From NCBI RefSeq assembly GCF_009914755.1, contig NC_060926.1: a stretch of DNA of 64,000 nt; one strand, 5' to 3'. The first letter of the stretch is position 1. Each line of letters begins with the position of its first letter. Below are positions 1 to 14,620 of the stretch, in pieces. A program made the translations under genes and the position numbers. This stretch comes from the human T2T-CHM13v2.0 reference genome, Homo sapiens. The notes under the pieces are model-generated. The model did no database searches. It was not told the origin of the DNA and saw only the letters and a list, made by a program, of their open reading frames with translations.

Positions 1-10
1 CTACCTGAGA

Positions 11-13
<3 letters not shown>

Positions 14-47
<34 letters not shown>
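14..47. repeat. poly(A) run; on the minus strand it reads T-tract-GCTTCTCAG|G, a possible 3' splice site
   Basis: Uninterrupted A run. Reverse complement of 1-47 is T(n)GCTTCTCAGGTAG. Confidence 0.9.
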
Positions 48-48
<1 letters not shown>

Positions 49-49
49 C

Positions 50-170
50 CAGTGCATGGGCCAAGACCAGGACCAGACCAATTGAACTCATATCTCTGGG
101 TGAGACTTAAGCATTTAATTTTTTGAAGGCTCGTCATTGATACTGATTCATACCAAGGACTGAGAACTAG
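50..170. mobile_element. MER5-type hAT-Charlie fragment
   Basis: ccagaccaattgaactcatatctctggg...ccaaggactgagaactag resembles the MER5 core and terminus. Confidence 0.5.
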
Positions 171-970
171 CAAATTTGGGTCTCCTTTGCCCAATAGGAA
201 AACATATTCTCCGGAAAGTCCAAACTGTCCTTCATTACATAACTTATCATGTACAGAATAAAGTTCCTAAGAGGATGGCTTTCGGAGTATTTATATTGCA
301 GATTGAGGGATTGACATTGATCTAATTATAATAGAGGTTCTTCTTTAGGGCTGTAGTTGGTATAAAGGGAATTCTATTAGAAAAGTTTAGGGAGACTGTG
401 TTCAGGTAACACATGCACACACACACACCCCATATGGCACCTTAACTATCCCTAGTGTATACTGGGTGGAATGAATGTGGGATGGTCTAGGAAACAGTAT
501 AAATTTATAAAATAGTTCCCTCCAGTGAATGCTACATGCCCTGTTGCATGAGAACCTTTAATCTGGACCAATAGAAGGCAGTTCATGGTGGCCAGTCAGA
601 AAGCCATTCAATTTGTCATTACCAACTCACAAATCTAGACAGGAAAGATTCTCATTCTCATCTTCTCCATTCTTGGCGCATCTCACACAATCCCTTGTTT
701 TTCTGAGCTCTGTAACATACAGACCTATTTACAAACAGAAGGGAGGAGACAAGAGAGGTAAGGGGAAGTAAAGAAAGAGGAGAAAGGAGGAGAGGGAACG
801 ATAGGGGAAAGTAGGAGAAAGGAGGGGAGTGTAAGAAATGGGATGTTTCATGAATTATAATTCTGAAAAAATGTCTGGTGTGGATACCTCCAGCAATGGT
901 GAGGGAAGGAGGAAGAAATGTTGCTTAGTTGTCAATATGTTAGATCTAAAATATAAACATGTTTCTTCTC

Positions 971-1303
<333 letters not shown>

Positions 1304-2444
1304 CTCTCATTTTTTTAAAGAAAAGATACCTGTGAAAAAAGTGAAGAGGACATTATACAAGAAAATGTTACAATGATTCCATGGATTCAGGAATATTTTT
1401 TTTTCTTTTACCTGAACTAAATACATATTTGAGTGTCTACTATATATCAACTTTGCAATAGCAGCTAAGAGATCAAAGAGGAATATAACTATCCAAAGAA
1501 AGGCTATAACCAGAGGTGAAGAACCTGGAAAGCCATGCTAGAGTTTGGAATTGATTCTGTGGCAAAAAGGAGTGATTACTCCTGAGAAGTAGAAGGAACA
1601 GTGAAATATGACACATCTGTAGCTGCTGAATCTGGTAGTAATAAGGCTATGCTGCCCATTTTTTCTAGTATTTTACAGCAATCTCATTTTCCCAATTATT
1701 TAAATGGGTTCTTATCTCTTGGTATAGTATATAGATTTATTAAGTAAAAGAATATAACTAGATTTTTAAGTCATCCAATGTGACACTTCCTGCTAATAGC
1801 CTATTTTAATCAAGTTACATTTTTTATATTTACAGATACATCTAATTTTATTCCTATCACTTTACTTCACACTTTCCACTTTTTGAGGTTTTTCCTTTTA
1901 TTCTCCTCTTCCTTCTTGTCCTCTTTTGCTTTGTGTTTTCTGTTTCTCTTTCCCCCATCTCTGATGGAAAGTTACACATCATCTCCCTCCATTCATCCCT
2001 CCCTCCCTCCTTTCCTTCCTTTCTTCTTTTTTCTTTCTCTTTTATAAGTGATTACTCTTAAATTTTAACATGCATACTTAATTAAGGTGAACTGTAATCA
2101 ATATTTGTGTCCTGATCTGGAAAAATGAATTTTCCTAGACTGATGACATATCATTGCTCTCCTCTAATATGTTATTTTTGTGTAGTATCTTAACTCTACC
2201 TTAATTTGAGATAAAACAAATTAAACAGTATTATTACATGAATTTGTAGGCAGTACTTATTTAGACTTACATACTAATTATTGGTAATTTTTTCCCTCAA
2301 ATTTGTTTCTTCAGCCAACTTTTTCATTTTGTGTTCTATTTCTTTCTTGAAATGTATCCTTCAGGAATTCTGTCAGATCTGCTAGCAGCAAAATGACCCC
2401 GTTTTTCTTTTTCTGAAAATGGTTTAATTTTGGCCACATTTTTA

Positions 2445-2665
2445 ATTATAATTATTTTTTGTATATATCTACTTATATTAATATAATATATATAATTATA
2501 TATAATATAAATATTTATATATAAATAATATATTTATATTAAATAAATATATATTATATACTTATATAATATATATTTATATAAAAATAATATAAGTAAA
2601 ATTATATATAAATATTTATGTAAAATTATAATATTTATATTAAAATATGTATATAAATATTCATA
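2445..2665. repeat. AT-rich low-complexity / degenerate (TA)n
   Basis: About 220 bp almost exclusively A/T. Confidence 0.9.
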
Positions 2666-5321
2666 ATTTGTTTTTTATTTCTATGAGCCTATGAAATTAT
2701 TTTTATTAATCTGGCTCAGAATTTATGCTAATATAAGTTGAGGATTCACATATTAATATCTTTAATTCAGAGAATTCCAAGGAAATTATCAGCTTTTAAC
2801 ACTGCAAATAGGTTATCATTCCATATTTTTTTATTCTCTCTGTCTGGAACTCCTTAAGAATATATGTTAAATGTCTAAATCATTTCTCCACATCCCTTAA
2901 CATTTCTTTTTTATTTTTTAGTGGTCTCTCTGGATAATTTGTCAGGTTTTGGTATAAAAATAATACTGGCTTCATAAAACAAGTTGGGAGGCATTTATTC
3001 TTGAAAGAGAGTAAGAGAGATTATTTCTCCCTTAAATATTGATAGAATTCACCAGCAAAGCCATCGGAAACCTGAGTCTTCTCTGTGGGAAAGTTTTTAA
3101 TTAAAAATATCAATTTCTTAAACAGGTATGTAGGATGACTACGATTTTTTTTTTAGATTTGACAAATTGCATTTTTCTGAGAATTCATTTGTCTAAGTTA
3201 TTGTTATTTGAATTTACTGTATAAATTGTTCATATTATTCCCTTATTGTGCTTTTAATATCTGTGACATCTCTAATCATTTTTCCTTTAATTTCTGATTC
3301 TGACAATTTGTTAATTATCTCTTTTCCTTGATTAGCCCATATAGGAGTCCTTCAATTTTATGAATATATTTTTAAAATTCAACTTTTGGTTTGTTGATTT
3401 TCTCTATAGTTCTTCTGCTTTCTATTTTAATTATTTCTGCTCTTTCCATCCCTGCTACTATAATTTTCATTTGCTTTTCCTCCCTGCACTGGCTGAACAT
3501 TAGTTGTAACATTGAGGAGGTGAGGTGATAGTGGTAAGCTTTGTTTTGTTTCTAATATGAGTAAGGGAGGTTTTAATAACTAACTATTAAAAATGCCAGT
3601 TGGTATAGATTTTTTAAAAATAGATATCCAGTATCATCTTAAAGAGACTCTTTCAGTTCTTAATTTTCTAAAAGTTTCTAGATGTCATTAATAAATGCAA
3701 AATTTTATTAAGTTTTTCTGCATCTTATTTAGAAAATCATATATTATTTTTCTTTTGTATTTTGATATTGTGGTACACAGTGATTGATTTTAGGATATTA
3801 ATCCTAACTATGCTCCTAGAACTTAATCAAATTTGGTCATTTGAATTATCAATTTCATATATTGCTTCGATTTTCTAATGTTTTGTTTTATATTCCTGCA
3901 TCTATATTTCTGAAAGAGTTTGGCTTGTAATCTGTTTACTTTAATGTGCTTGTTAGGTTTTGAAATCAAGATTATGCTAACCTCTTAAAACAAGTAGGCA
4001 AAGGACTTTTCTTGTTCTTGTTCTCTGGTAGAGAATAACTAAGACTGGTGTTAATATTTTTCTTAATTCTTTGGATAATTAATTAGTAAAATCTGAGCAT
4101 GAATTGTTTTTATGTACAGGTTTTTAATTATGTATTTATTTTCTCTGATAGAGGACCATTCATATTTGCTGTTTCTTCTTGTTTCACTCTCTGTAATTTG
4201 ATAAAATTTCAAGTTTATTTACGTAAAATTGTTTATGATGATATTGTTTTTTAAAACTCTATAGGATCTTTAGTGGTGACCCATCTTGATTCCTGTTATT
4301 GGTATTTTGTGATTTCTCTTCTTTACTTATTTAGTCTTTTAAGGAACCAACTTTTGCCTTTTAAAATATTCTGTACTGTATGTTCTTTCCTATTTTTATT
4401 TGCTTTTATATTTATAATTTTCTTTCTTTTATTTCTTTAGTTTTAATTTACTATTGTTTTCTAAATTCTGAAAATCTCTATTTCATTCATTGATTTCAAC
4501 CTTTGTTCTTTTTTTAGTAAATGCACTTAAGACTATAAATTTCCCTCTAAGCATGGCTATACTAGCATCCCACAAATCTTAGTATATTTCATTTTGTTAA
4601 CATTCAGTTTAAAATATTTTCTCACCTCTATTTTGATTTTTAAAAATCTTACTAGAAACTTAGAAGAGAACTGCTTAATTTCCAAATACTTGAAAAAGTT
4701 TCTAGATATATTTATTTAGATTTCTAATTTAATTTCCTACATTCAGATAATATCGATAATATACTTTGTATAATCTTAATTATTTAACTTTTGGGGGAAA
4801 ATGCTTTGTAGCTCAGCATCTATCAAATGTGTCATGTATTTCATATGTAGTTGAAAATAAAGTACATTTCAGTTGTTAAGTACAAAATTCTATATATTTT
4901 ATTCATGAATTTGAAAGAAATCTTCATTTCTTTTGGCTGTTTTTACTATCCTTTACCAGAAGGGGTGTGCAAAAATTTTCCAATATGATTATAAATTTAT
5001 TTATTTTAGTTCTGTTAACTTTTGCTATATATTTTAATTTTTATGTAGTTATTTGATATTTATTAGGTGCCTAAAATTTAAATTGCTACATTTTTTTCCC
5101 AGTAGATTGACCCTACTGTCATTATGGACCAGTCCTGTTAATTTCTAGTAAGATTGCCCTAAGTTCATTTTGTCTGATTATTATTATGCCTACAGTGGCT
5201 TTGGCTGGGTTGGTGATTGCATGGTACATACTCTTTCATTGTTTTACCTTAAATGTTTCTGTAACCTCCTATTCAATATTGAATATTCATGAATTATATT
5301 TTATATCCAGTCTAACAATAT

Positions 5322-5322
<1 letters not shown>

Positions 5323-5381
<59 letters not shown>
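5323..5381. repeat. compound (TC)n(CA)n microsatellite
   Basis: Seen directly. Confidence 0.95.
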
Positions 5382-5382
<1 letters not shown>

Positions 5383-5674
5383 CTCACATTTGGATTTAAA
5401 TTTTATGACTTCTTTTGGATTATTTGTATAATTCAGTTTTATACATTTTGTTACTATATTGTTTATAGTTACCCAAGCAATTGCCACATTAACTTTTTAA
5501 ACTCCAAAATGAGTTAGTATTTCGCTACTTTCTGGACATTGCTAGGACATGAGAACACTTTTATTCTATTTCCCCCATTTCATCTTTTGTACTATTATTA
5601 TATATTTTCATTTTACATGTAGTCTAACTCTGGAAGACATTATTATTACTTTTATGAAGTCAACACTTACTTAG

Positions 5675-6349
<675 letters not shown>

Positions 6350-7869
6350 CTTAGTTTTCCCAAAATATTTAGTTTTTTATTCTTTTCTGTATTTTCTACT
6401 AATCTATGGATTATTTCCCTTCTGCCTGAAAAAAAGATTCTTTTTAATATTTCCTTTACTATGGGTCTGCTCTTACTGACTCTCTCAAGTTGAATTTGTC
6501 CCCTAATTTTTTAATTTTCACTTTTGAAAGATATTTTTACCAGACATGAGTACCAAGATACTTTTTCTATTTTAGCATTTTGAGGTGACAGTCATTGTCT
6601 TCTGTAAAAAGAATTTCAAGAAACCCCCAAAACCATAATTTTCATGAAAATGAACACATGACCACATGTCAAAGATTTCATTTAACTCATTAATTAATGA
6701 GAAAATCCATAAGAACTAAACAACAGGATTAAAGGAGGATTTGACTTATAGAGATCCATGAACTCTGCTTGACAACTTTTATTTGCTTTGTCATGAACAG
6801 GAATCATTTCCTGGCTACAGGTAAAATTATCAGAAACAGAGGCTCTGTGGTCTCTTGATGGAAATTCCTTCTCTAAATGTTGCTTCCAGATGTCTCTGAT
6901 CTATTGGTCTTTTGGGCAGTTTCATACCCTGCTTTCTACCCCTCCCCATGCCAAAACTCCAAAGAAATTCTGAATCCTCTTTTGTGCTAGGTGCAGACCA
7001 TGTGGCATTGTAGCCATGCTCTTAGCCTCCTCCTGTACCTGCACGATGGCACCAAGGCTCTCCAGGGCTATGCTAAATGTGGGTCATTCCTCAGCATCTT
7101 GCAATTTTCATGGTCTATGTTCTGTAAAGGGAAGAACGTGCCCTCTGCTTGTGAGTCCCTTAAATGTTTCTATCTTTGAACGTCTACCACCAACACCACC
7201 CCCAGTTCTAGTTTTAATCATGAGGGAGGAAAATCAGATCACTCATATATAATCCTTTACTCTTAATTTTTTTCTCTTACTTTCCAGCATCTAGCAACAG
7301 TTATTTTCCTTCCCTTTGAGGCAGGAATTTTCTTTACATAATATACTATTCTTTGTATTCTGGGATCCATACTTTGTTCAATTCTTTGAACTCTGGGTCT
7401 TAATATGCAAAAATCTGACATTACTATGGATTTATAAATATCAAATTAGAAGGTGAGTGATGTTTTTCTATTGTTGATATAATTTTTATCTGAATTCCTA
7501 TTCTTTGAAAGAAAAGGCTTCATGGTCTTCATGATGCACAGGATTCAAGAAAAGGAGAGAAATTTACCAGAAAAGTAAAATGCAATAGCAGACAACTCAA
7601 ACACTACCTTAATATAAACAAATACATGCACCTATATTTTTAATTTGATAAATCTTATAGCATACTATTGGAGCCAGTCTTCAGGATGTTAAGAGGGATT
7701 ATCACCTCATTCCCATTTCTAGAAAGGCTTTATATAAAGAATTGGCATAGAAAGAACCACAGTTGTGTTTAATAACTATTGTCATTTTTTTCAATACTAA
7801 CCAGCACCTTTTGACAAACCTGCCAATATTTTAGAAAACCATATTTTGATGTACCTGATTGCCCTTTTT

Positions 7870-8722
7870 TGACAGTTCCTCAAAAAGTTTAACACAGAAT
7901 TATCCTATGACCCAGGAATTCTACTCCTAGGTATACACCCAAGAAAAATGGAAACATATGTCTAATATAATCCTGTACACAAATATTTATAACAACATTA
8001 CTCATAATAGAAAAAAAGATGGAAATAACCAAGTGCCCAGCAATGGATGAATAAACAATTGTGGTATATTCATATGACTTATTCAATCATAAAAGAAATG
8101 AAGTATTGATACATGCTACAATTTGGATGAATCTCAAAGACATTATGAGAGGTGTAAAAAGCCACACACAAGAAATCACATATTATGTGATTACTCTTAT
8201 ATACCCAGAATGGGCAAATCAATAGAGATAGAAAGTAGGTTAGGCTGGGCGTAGTGGCTCACACCTGTAATCCTAGCACTTTTGGAAGGCCAAGTGGGGA
8301 GGGTTGCCTGAGCTCAAGAGTTCCAGACAAGTCTGGGCAATATGGCAAAACTCCATCTCTACAAAAATTAGCCAGTTATAGTGGTGGGGGCCTGTGGTTC
8401 CAGCTACTTGGGAGGCTGTGGCGGGAGGATTCCTTGAGCCCAGGAGGTTGAGACTTCAATGAGCCTTGTTCCTGCCACTACACTCCAGCCTGGGCAACAG
8501 ACCAAGACCCTGTCTCAAAAAATAAATAAATAAAATAAAAATAGATTAAAGGTTACTGGGGGTGGGAGGACAGCCGAATAGGAAGTGCTTACTTAATGGT
8601 TATGGGATTTTTTCTGGAGTAATAAAAACGTGAAACTACAGAAAGCTTGTACTTGCACATGTGGCTACAATAAATACTAATGAATTGTACACTTTAAAAT
8701 GGTTATGTTATTTGAATTTCAC
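7870..8722 (+). mobile_element. L1MB-like 3' end, split by an Alu
   Basis: tatgacccaggaattctactcctaggtatacacccaag, gtattgatacatgctacaatttggatgaatctc, gaattgtacactttaaaatgg. Confidence 0.85.
8243..8541 (+). mobile_element. Alu (AluJ-like)
   Basis: ggctgggcgtagtggctcacacctgtaatcc...gaccctgtctc plus A tail. TSD-like aaagtaggtta / aaaatagatta. Confidence 0.95.
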
Positions 8723-8768
8723 ACGAAGGTAGTTATGTGGGAAAAGTAAGTTATTATTGCAACCCTAT

Positions 8769-8782
8769 CCACTAGAGGGCGA
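8769..8782 (+). promoter_or_regulatory. Candidate CTCF site
   Basis: CCACTAGAGGGCGA matches the CTCF core CCASYAGRKGGCR. It lies in non-repeat sequence and retains its CpG. Confidence 0.6.
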
Positions 8783-10029
8783 TGCTTCCATTAAGAAACA
8801 TGACTCGTAAATTCGGCTGGTGGAAGAAGGGCAGTTAGCCTTGCAAATACATTTTCTGCTTATTTTGCAACTATTTTAGGTGTAAAACAATTAAAGTAAA
8901 TATCCACTTTGGAAACATTGCTGGAAAAATAATGTTTACATTTGAATGTGTCTCTTCAAGAAAAAACAGTTTGTGAAGCATTTGTACTGAGAAAAGATTT
9001 CTTTCCTTGGGCATAGATCTCATAGTGCAAAAATTAAACAAACATGAGCAAATTATGAACCTAAAGACATGGTTAATGGAAAGGATCTCAGCGACTAACA
9101 TAAAACTGAATGAGCAAAGTGTTGAAGTATTCATATCAATAGAGAGTTTCAAGTAACTTTATCACTATAAGTTCTTGAGAGTCTTGAAAGTGTTTATCCA
9201 CATTTTCATGAGCACGGCAAAATTTGGTTGTCTAACTCAGCACGTGTCTTAAATTCTGTCTCTAATTCAGAAATAATTCATCACTTAGTAAAGCTACATT
9301 TCTTGAAGGTGCATCAGGAATAAAATAATTAACTCATCATATACCAGAGATCCTGTGGCCAAGGGTTTTAAGAGAGTAACACAGGAAGTGTCGTGCATGC
9401 TCATGTGTGGAACACTTATTTTCAGCTCCAAATTCACACAATAAGTTATTCTCCCTACAGAGGGAATGTGTTTCTGCCACTGTTCACAACAAAATTGCAA
9501 ATGTAACAGAAAAATTAGCCAAGGAAAACATAGTCCCTAAAGTAAATCTGATCCAAAACAATCTGATTAAATCCATAGAATTATAGCATTGTAAAGTCAT
9601 TCTTGGGTTATTTATAAAGTCAGCAGTCAGCATTTCCCAAGGCATACTAATAGGAAGCAAATCCTTGCTCAGGAGCCAGCTGATAAAGACTATAAAGCTT
9701 ATCCTCGGAGCAAAACCAGAATGATGTCACTACTAAGTCCTCCATAAAATAAGAAGCAGGTGTTTTAGTGCAGGTAGTTTGGGGCAAGAATCAATACGTG
9801 GCTTGGGAAGAGAGTCCAAAAATCCAGAAACATAAGCTTAATCCTAGGCTTTTCTTTAGAAAGGTTTGGATGTATACCAGAACCTACTTTGTAGTCAATA
9901 TAAGAAATCATATACTGTATATATTTTCTAAGGTGTCTCAGTTTATTCATTTTAAAAACAAACAAATGGATATCCTTTTGTCATCTTTATGACATAATCT
10001 TCAGATATTGTTATTTATTATAGCATACT

Positions 10030-10552
10030 GGTTTTCAATTGTTAAATAGCCACACATGCAGAGGCCCAGACAACACATCCAGTATTTATTATCCTACAGT
10101 TTCTTTGGGTCAGGAGTCTGGGTACAGCTTACCCGGGCCCTCTTCTCAGTCTCACAAGGCTGCAATCACAATGTCAGCCAGGACTGGAAGCTCATCTGAA
10201 GCTTGGAGTTCTCTTCCAAGTTTAAGCAGCTGATGGTAAAATTCGTTTCCATCAGCTTTAGAACCCATGGCAGTTAGTTTCTTCAAGACCCAGGAGAGTT
10301 TCACTGCATCAAGTCTTTGAGCTCAGGGAAGACCTAAACCCTCTTTTAAAAGGCTTATTTGATTTGGTCAGGCTATCCAGTATAATCTCCTTTAGACTGA
10401 CTCAAAATCAAACTGTTTCAGCACCTTAATTACATTTGCAAAATCCCTTCACTTTTGTCGTATTCTATCAGCTGGAAGCAAGTCACACATTCTGCCCACA
10501 TTCAAGTGGAGGGGAGTATAAGAGGGTAGTGGTCTAAGGTGAGTCGGCCACA
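10030..10552 (-). mobile_element. MLT1-family MaLR LTR
   Basis: tttattatcctacagtttctttgggtcaggagtctggg, tctcacaaggctgcaatc, ccttaattacatttgcaaaatcccttcac, gaagcaagtcac. Confidence 0.8.
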
Positions 10553-11041
10553 TGTAAAGATAGCTGGATTAGACGAAACCTGACTATCCTAATCAAAATT
10601 GTAATGGCTACACAGGACAAGCCAGGAAGAAGGCATCTTCTGCAACCCTCCCTTCATTATAGAGCAACAAGGCTTCTTTCTGTCCAGTGGCTACAAATAT
10701 CACCCAAGCGAGTATTACCAGTCATCATACTTTATGCCTTCACACTAGCATACTCATTCATGTGTACTACAAATAAACTTATGTTTCCCCATCAGACAAT
10801 GCCCTAAGCATTGAAAGTTAAAATGGTTTTTATCCATTTATGTATTCATTATTTGTGCCACTACAGGGAACGTTTGGGTTAGAAGCAAGCAGCCTGATTT
10901 TAAAAATTGAAATTAAATTTCTACCAGTACCTTAGTAGGAAAATCAAGTCGAAGTTATCTAGTCATAGTTTTGGCATGTCTCTTTTATTCAGGATATGAG
11001 GAATTGCTGGAGCTTTTTTCTTTTTTGCAGTTTATCCTATT

Positions 11042-11043
<2 letters not shown>

Positions 11044-11080
<37 letters not shown>
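11044..11080. repeat. (CA)n microsatellite
   Basis: Seen directly. Confidence 0.95.
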
Positions 11081-11083
<3 letters not shown>

Positions 11084-12014
11084 CACAGTAAGTTAATTCC
11101 TACACCACTTAACTTTGCACATAACTGTTTTCTCAAGAAGGCACTGAAGTGAGCTGGCAACCATATATTAGTTACTGCGTTAGTGAAGAACAGTGGCTAC
11201 TCCATACAATCCCAAGCATGAAAAGTCAGAACTTTGAAGAAAAAAAATCAAAAAAGCAAAACATAAAACTGAATTAAATTTAAGCCACAAAGCAATAAGG
11301 AAAAGTAACAAGTAAAAGAACATTCTTAAAAACAACGTTAAGCTTAAAGAGCCTTATGTGAGGCAGTAAAGATATTGCAGATATAGACATTGGAGAGAGC
11401 TTGCAAAAGTAACATTGCTGGAGGTTGGTTTTAAATCCTGCCTGCATGGTCTTGCATAATTTGTTAGTCCTGGGAGGGATGCACAACATTTGGAATAACC
11501 ATTTGAAATGAAATTTAACTCTTACTTGAGGATCATTTGTAATAATGATTTAATGTGTTACCAGAAATGGTAAAGTGACCAAGTCAATCAATCAGTGTTT
11601 GCTTAAGCCCAGTTACATGTCCGGTGTAATGCTAGACTGCAAAATATGGAGAAAGGGGTCCTTTCTCAATATTGAATGCTAGACTTTCTGCCAGAGACCA
11701 GAATTTGGTATGAACTAGTAATGAAGGTGTCAGAATATTGAAGAAGTCTTATCATCAAACACAAACCAATGAACATTTAAGTGTCCCATGGCACAATGAC
11801 TTGTCACAAACGCTTTGTTGTATATTAAAACTTGAGTTTTTGTCTTTATACAAGTGAGAGAGCATCTGGGAATCTAAAGTGGTCACCTTTGGGATGGTCA
11901 CTAACCAGAGAGACTCATTGCTTCTTGGCTCCTTTGGAAGACTTCAATGCCAGTTACTCATGAATAATCAGCCATTTGTGTCAAAATAGGGAGGGTACCA
12001 ATGTATTGTTCCAC

Positions 12015-12075
12015 CATGCCCATGCATAGAATAGTACCAAACATATAGCATGTATTCATTAAATATTGCTGCAAA
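12015..12075 (+). mobile_element. L2 3'-end fragment
   Basis: agaatagtaccaaacatatagcatgtattcattaaatattgctg resembles the L2 terminus. Confidence 0.5.
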
Positions 12076-14429
12076 GTTGAGGGAGTGAAAATCTGTTTAT
12101 GAGCTTTCTGAAGTGTTTGGGACAACTTGGACTTTGTAGCAGTTTGTGCAGCCCTCATGCCTTTCCCATTAGAACTTTTCTCTGCCCCAAATCCCATAGC
12201 AGGGACAGTCAGCAGACATCCTTCCACTGTGTGACTGCACCTTACTGCTCACAGTTGATTGCAGCAGGGATGAAGACTGGACCCAAGCTGGTCAATCAGA
12301 TTCTCTTCCTTAACTAACTGTTTGAACTAAAGACACAGAGACTGGGAATTGCAAGTTTAACTATGTAATAGCAGAGTTGAAAAAGCCTCTGTTTTTCCTG
12401 AGACCTGGTTCTTCAACGTTTCTTTGGATTCTGTGAAGTATCTCTTCTACAAATCCTTTTTTTCATTCTTTTTTTTTTTTGTTTGCTTGGGTTTCTTTGA
12501 AAATTTTATTAATTTTCACCAAAGATGCCTCAAATAAGACCTCTGACATGCTTTTGGAAAGTGCTGGAGACTGAAGAAAGAAATGTGAGACATCTGTGCA
12601 TGAATCAGCTTGTTTCTGTACTTTTCTCACTTCAAGCATAAAAATCTCTCAAACTTTAAGCTTTTAAGACATTGCAGTCTCCCCAGGAGGAAGCAATTTT
12701 AAACTCAGACAAATTTATTTTCTGAGAACTGGTTTTGTATAAATTCATTCAACCACTTACAACAGTGCCCCACCTGAAAATGAAAAGACCACAACATAAA
12801 ATTTTCCATAAAAATAGGTTAAGGTAAAAGAAAGTGATGAGCGTATTGTAAGGCTCATGAAGAGATTTAGTAGCACTGATCATTTTGTTGAGCATTCAAT
12901 ATGTTTTCTATGTATAAGTCATAGTTTATAAACTCATTCTAGTTTGTTCAAAGATACAACAAAGATACATAACATTAAATGAACATATACATAGATTTTA
13001 AAAAATATGTTAATTGTACCATTTTTTGATTTTTCACAATACTTAAACCCTGAGGACCACAAAGAAGAAAGGGTTGCAAAATATCATTTTTTAAACTTTT
13101 TATTGAACCACATTATTTGTAAATTTCTATAACACTTTTTAAAAATGATATCTGAGACTACTTTTTACTTTTGTTTTCTTAGATATTTTTCATTTTACTT
13201 TTAAACATACTTAAAATATAAAAGACATATTTTAAACTATAGAAGACGTATATTTAAAGTATAACCTATGATAAAATTCACCTGCTTTAGAGAGTATATA
13301 ATTGAATTGATTATATATGGCTAATTTTTGTTCTTCCTTGCTGAAAAAAAAAACGTAACTTGCAGCAGGCTAGAGAGGATAATTTAAAACTAACTGTTTG
13401 TTTTGGTGTTTTGAGTTATTACCATATTTGGTATTTAGCCATTGGGATAACAATTAACAATATAACAGAAGCACATCCAGCCCACTGTGTTGCTGTGGGT
13501 CACAGGGGTCTGTCTCTGTTATTGCTTTGCTCTCAGTGTTAACAGCACTCCCTGTGGTTAGGGCTCAGCCTGACCCTACAAGTCTTTTTCTGACTGCTTG
13601 TAGCTCAACACAGAGGAGTGATTAAAATCTCCGCTTGTCACTCATCTCTTATGCCAAATTCAGTAGCGAAAGGTGGCAGCATATACTTAAACTGGCAATG
13701 AGCCCAAACTTCAGAGTCTGAGATCTTGTCACTCTTAGGTCATCATCTGGGTATGCAGATGGTGATCACTGCAGCTTAAAGGCTGAGGAGGCAGAGTCCT
13801 GTGGTGAAGCTTGACTTCCGGCTATGAATAGGTAAGGGGAGCTCTGTCAATTAGATAATGTGAAACATGGTAGGAAAACACTGTTCCTTAAACAATCTAG
13901 GTCTGACATTATGTCCTCTGGGTAGCCTTCCTGGTGTCTCGTTTCCCAAAACCTCAGCTAATGATATCCATTTCTTGCATTCCTGATGCTGCCCTTTGGC
14001 CAGAATGTTTAGCCCACATGGTCCTCTTGCTGTATGCATTTTACTTGAGATGTGCAGGAAAAACATTGTGGATGGTGGATGGAAAAAGGAGAAAGAGAGA
14101 GGCCTTTGACGGGGAAAGCTTAAGCTGGTGAGAAGAAAAAAGTTTTGAGAAGAGGAGGAAACACAGAGTGACTTTTACCACCAAAGGAAAAAAAGCTTGA
14201 ATATCAGTCTATAATCTTTTATCTTTCTGAGGAGAATCACTGGTTACCACTGTAAGCTTTCATAGAATAAGTCCCCTATGAGTTCTCTCTCCCCTATATT
14301 CTTTGAGATTCTTCTTTCACAATTATCTCTACTCCTCACCTAGAAATAATAGTATTATTATTACATATTAAATTATATTCCAATATATAACAATACTTTT
14401 GTTATATTTATTATTATTATTGCAAACTT

Positions 14430-14620
14430 GAATTTCACTGTCAGACACTCTTCCAAGTAATTTGCCTCATTTACCACTCCCATAAAAAAATAAGTATAAT
14501 AATTTCTACATTTCAATTGGAGAAACTGAGGCACATGAGATTGGGTAACTTGCTTAACTGCACAGAATTGAGTGGCAGAGCCAGGATTTGAACCTATGCA
14601 CTGTGACTCAAGCGTGTGCC
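14430..14620 (-). mobile_element. MIR
   Basis: MIR core gagaaactgaggcac...ggtaacttgc...gtggcagagccaggatttgaacc. Confidence 0.8.

Larger units (their letters stand above)
1780..5670 (-). mobile_element. Cluster of ancient L1M fragments (at least two overlapping ORF2 segments)
   Basis: T-rich antisense L1 signatures, e.g. gtcaggttttggtataaaaataatactggcttcataaaacaagttggga (2941), a second homologous segment at about 3952, and ctataaatttccctctaagc (about 4533). Boundaries approximate. Confidence 0.75.

Noticed and set aside
2920-4400. Apparent local duplication (2941 vs 3952)
   Set aside because: Highly diverged and best explained as two independent old L1 ORF2 fragments covering the same consensus region.
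6600-7250. Possible ancient LTR-like repeat (catttaactcattaattaatgag)
   Set aside because: Looks familiar as an interspersed repeat, but I cannot assign family or boundaries without a Dfam search.
13666-13680. CTCF site
   Set aside because: Only the 3' half matches the core, too weak to list as a feature.
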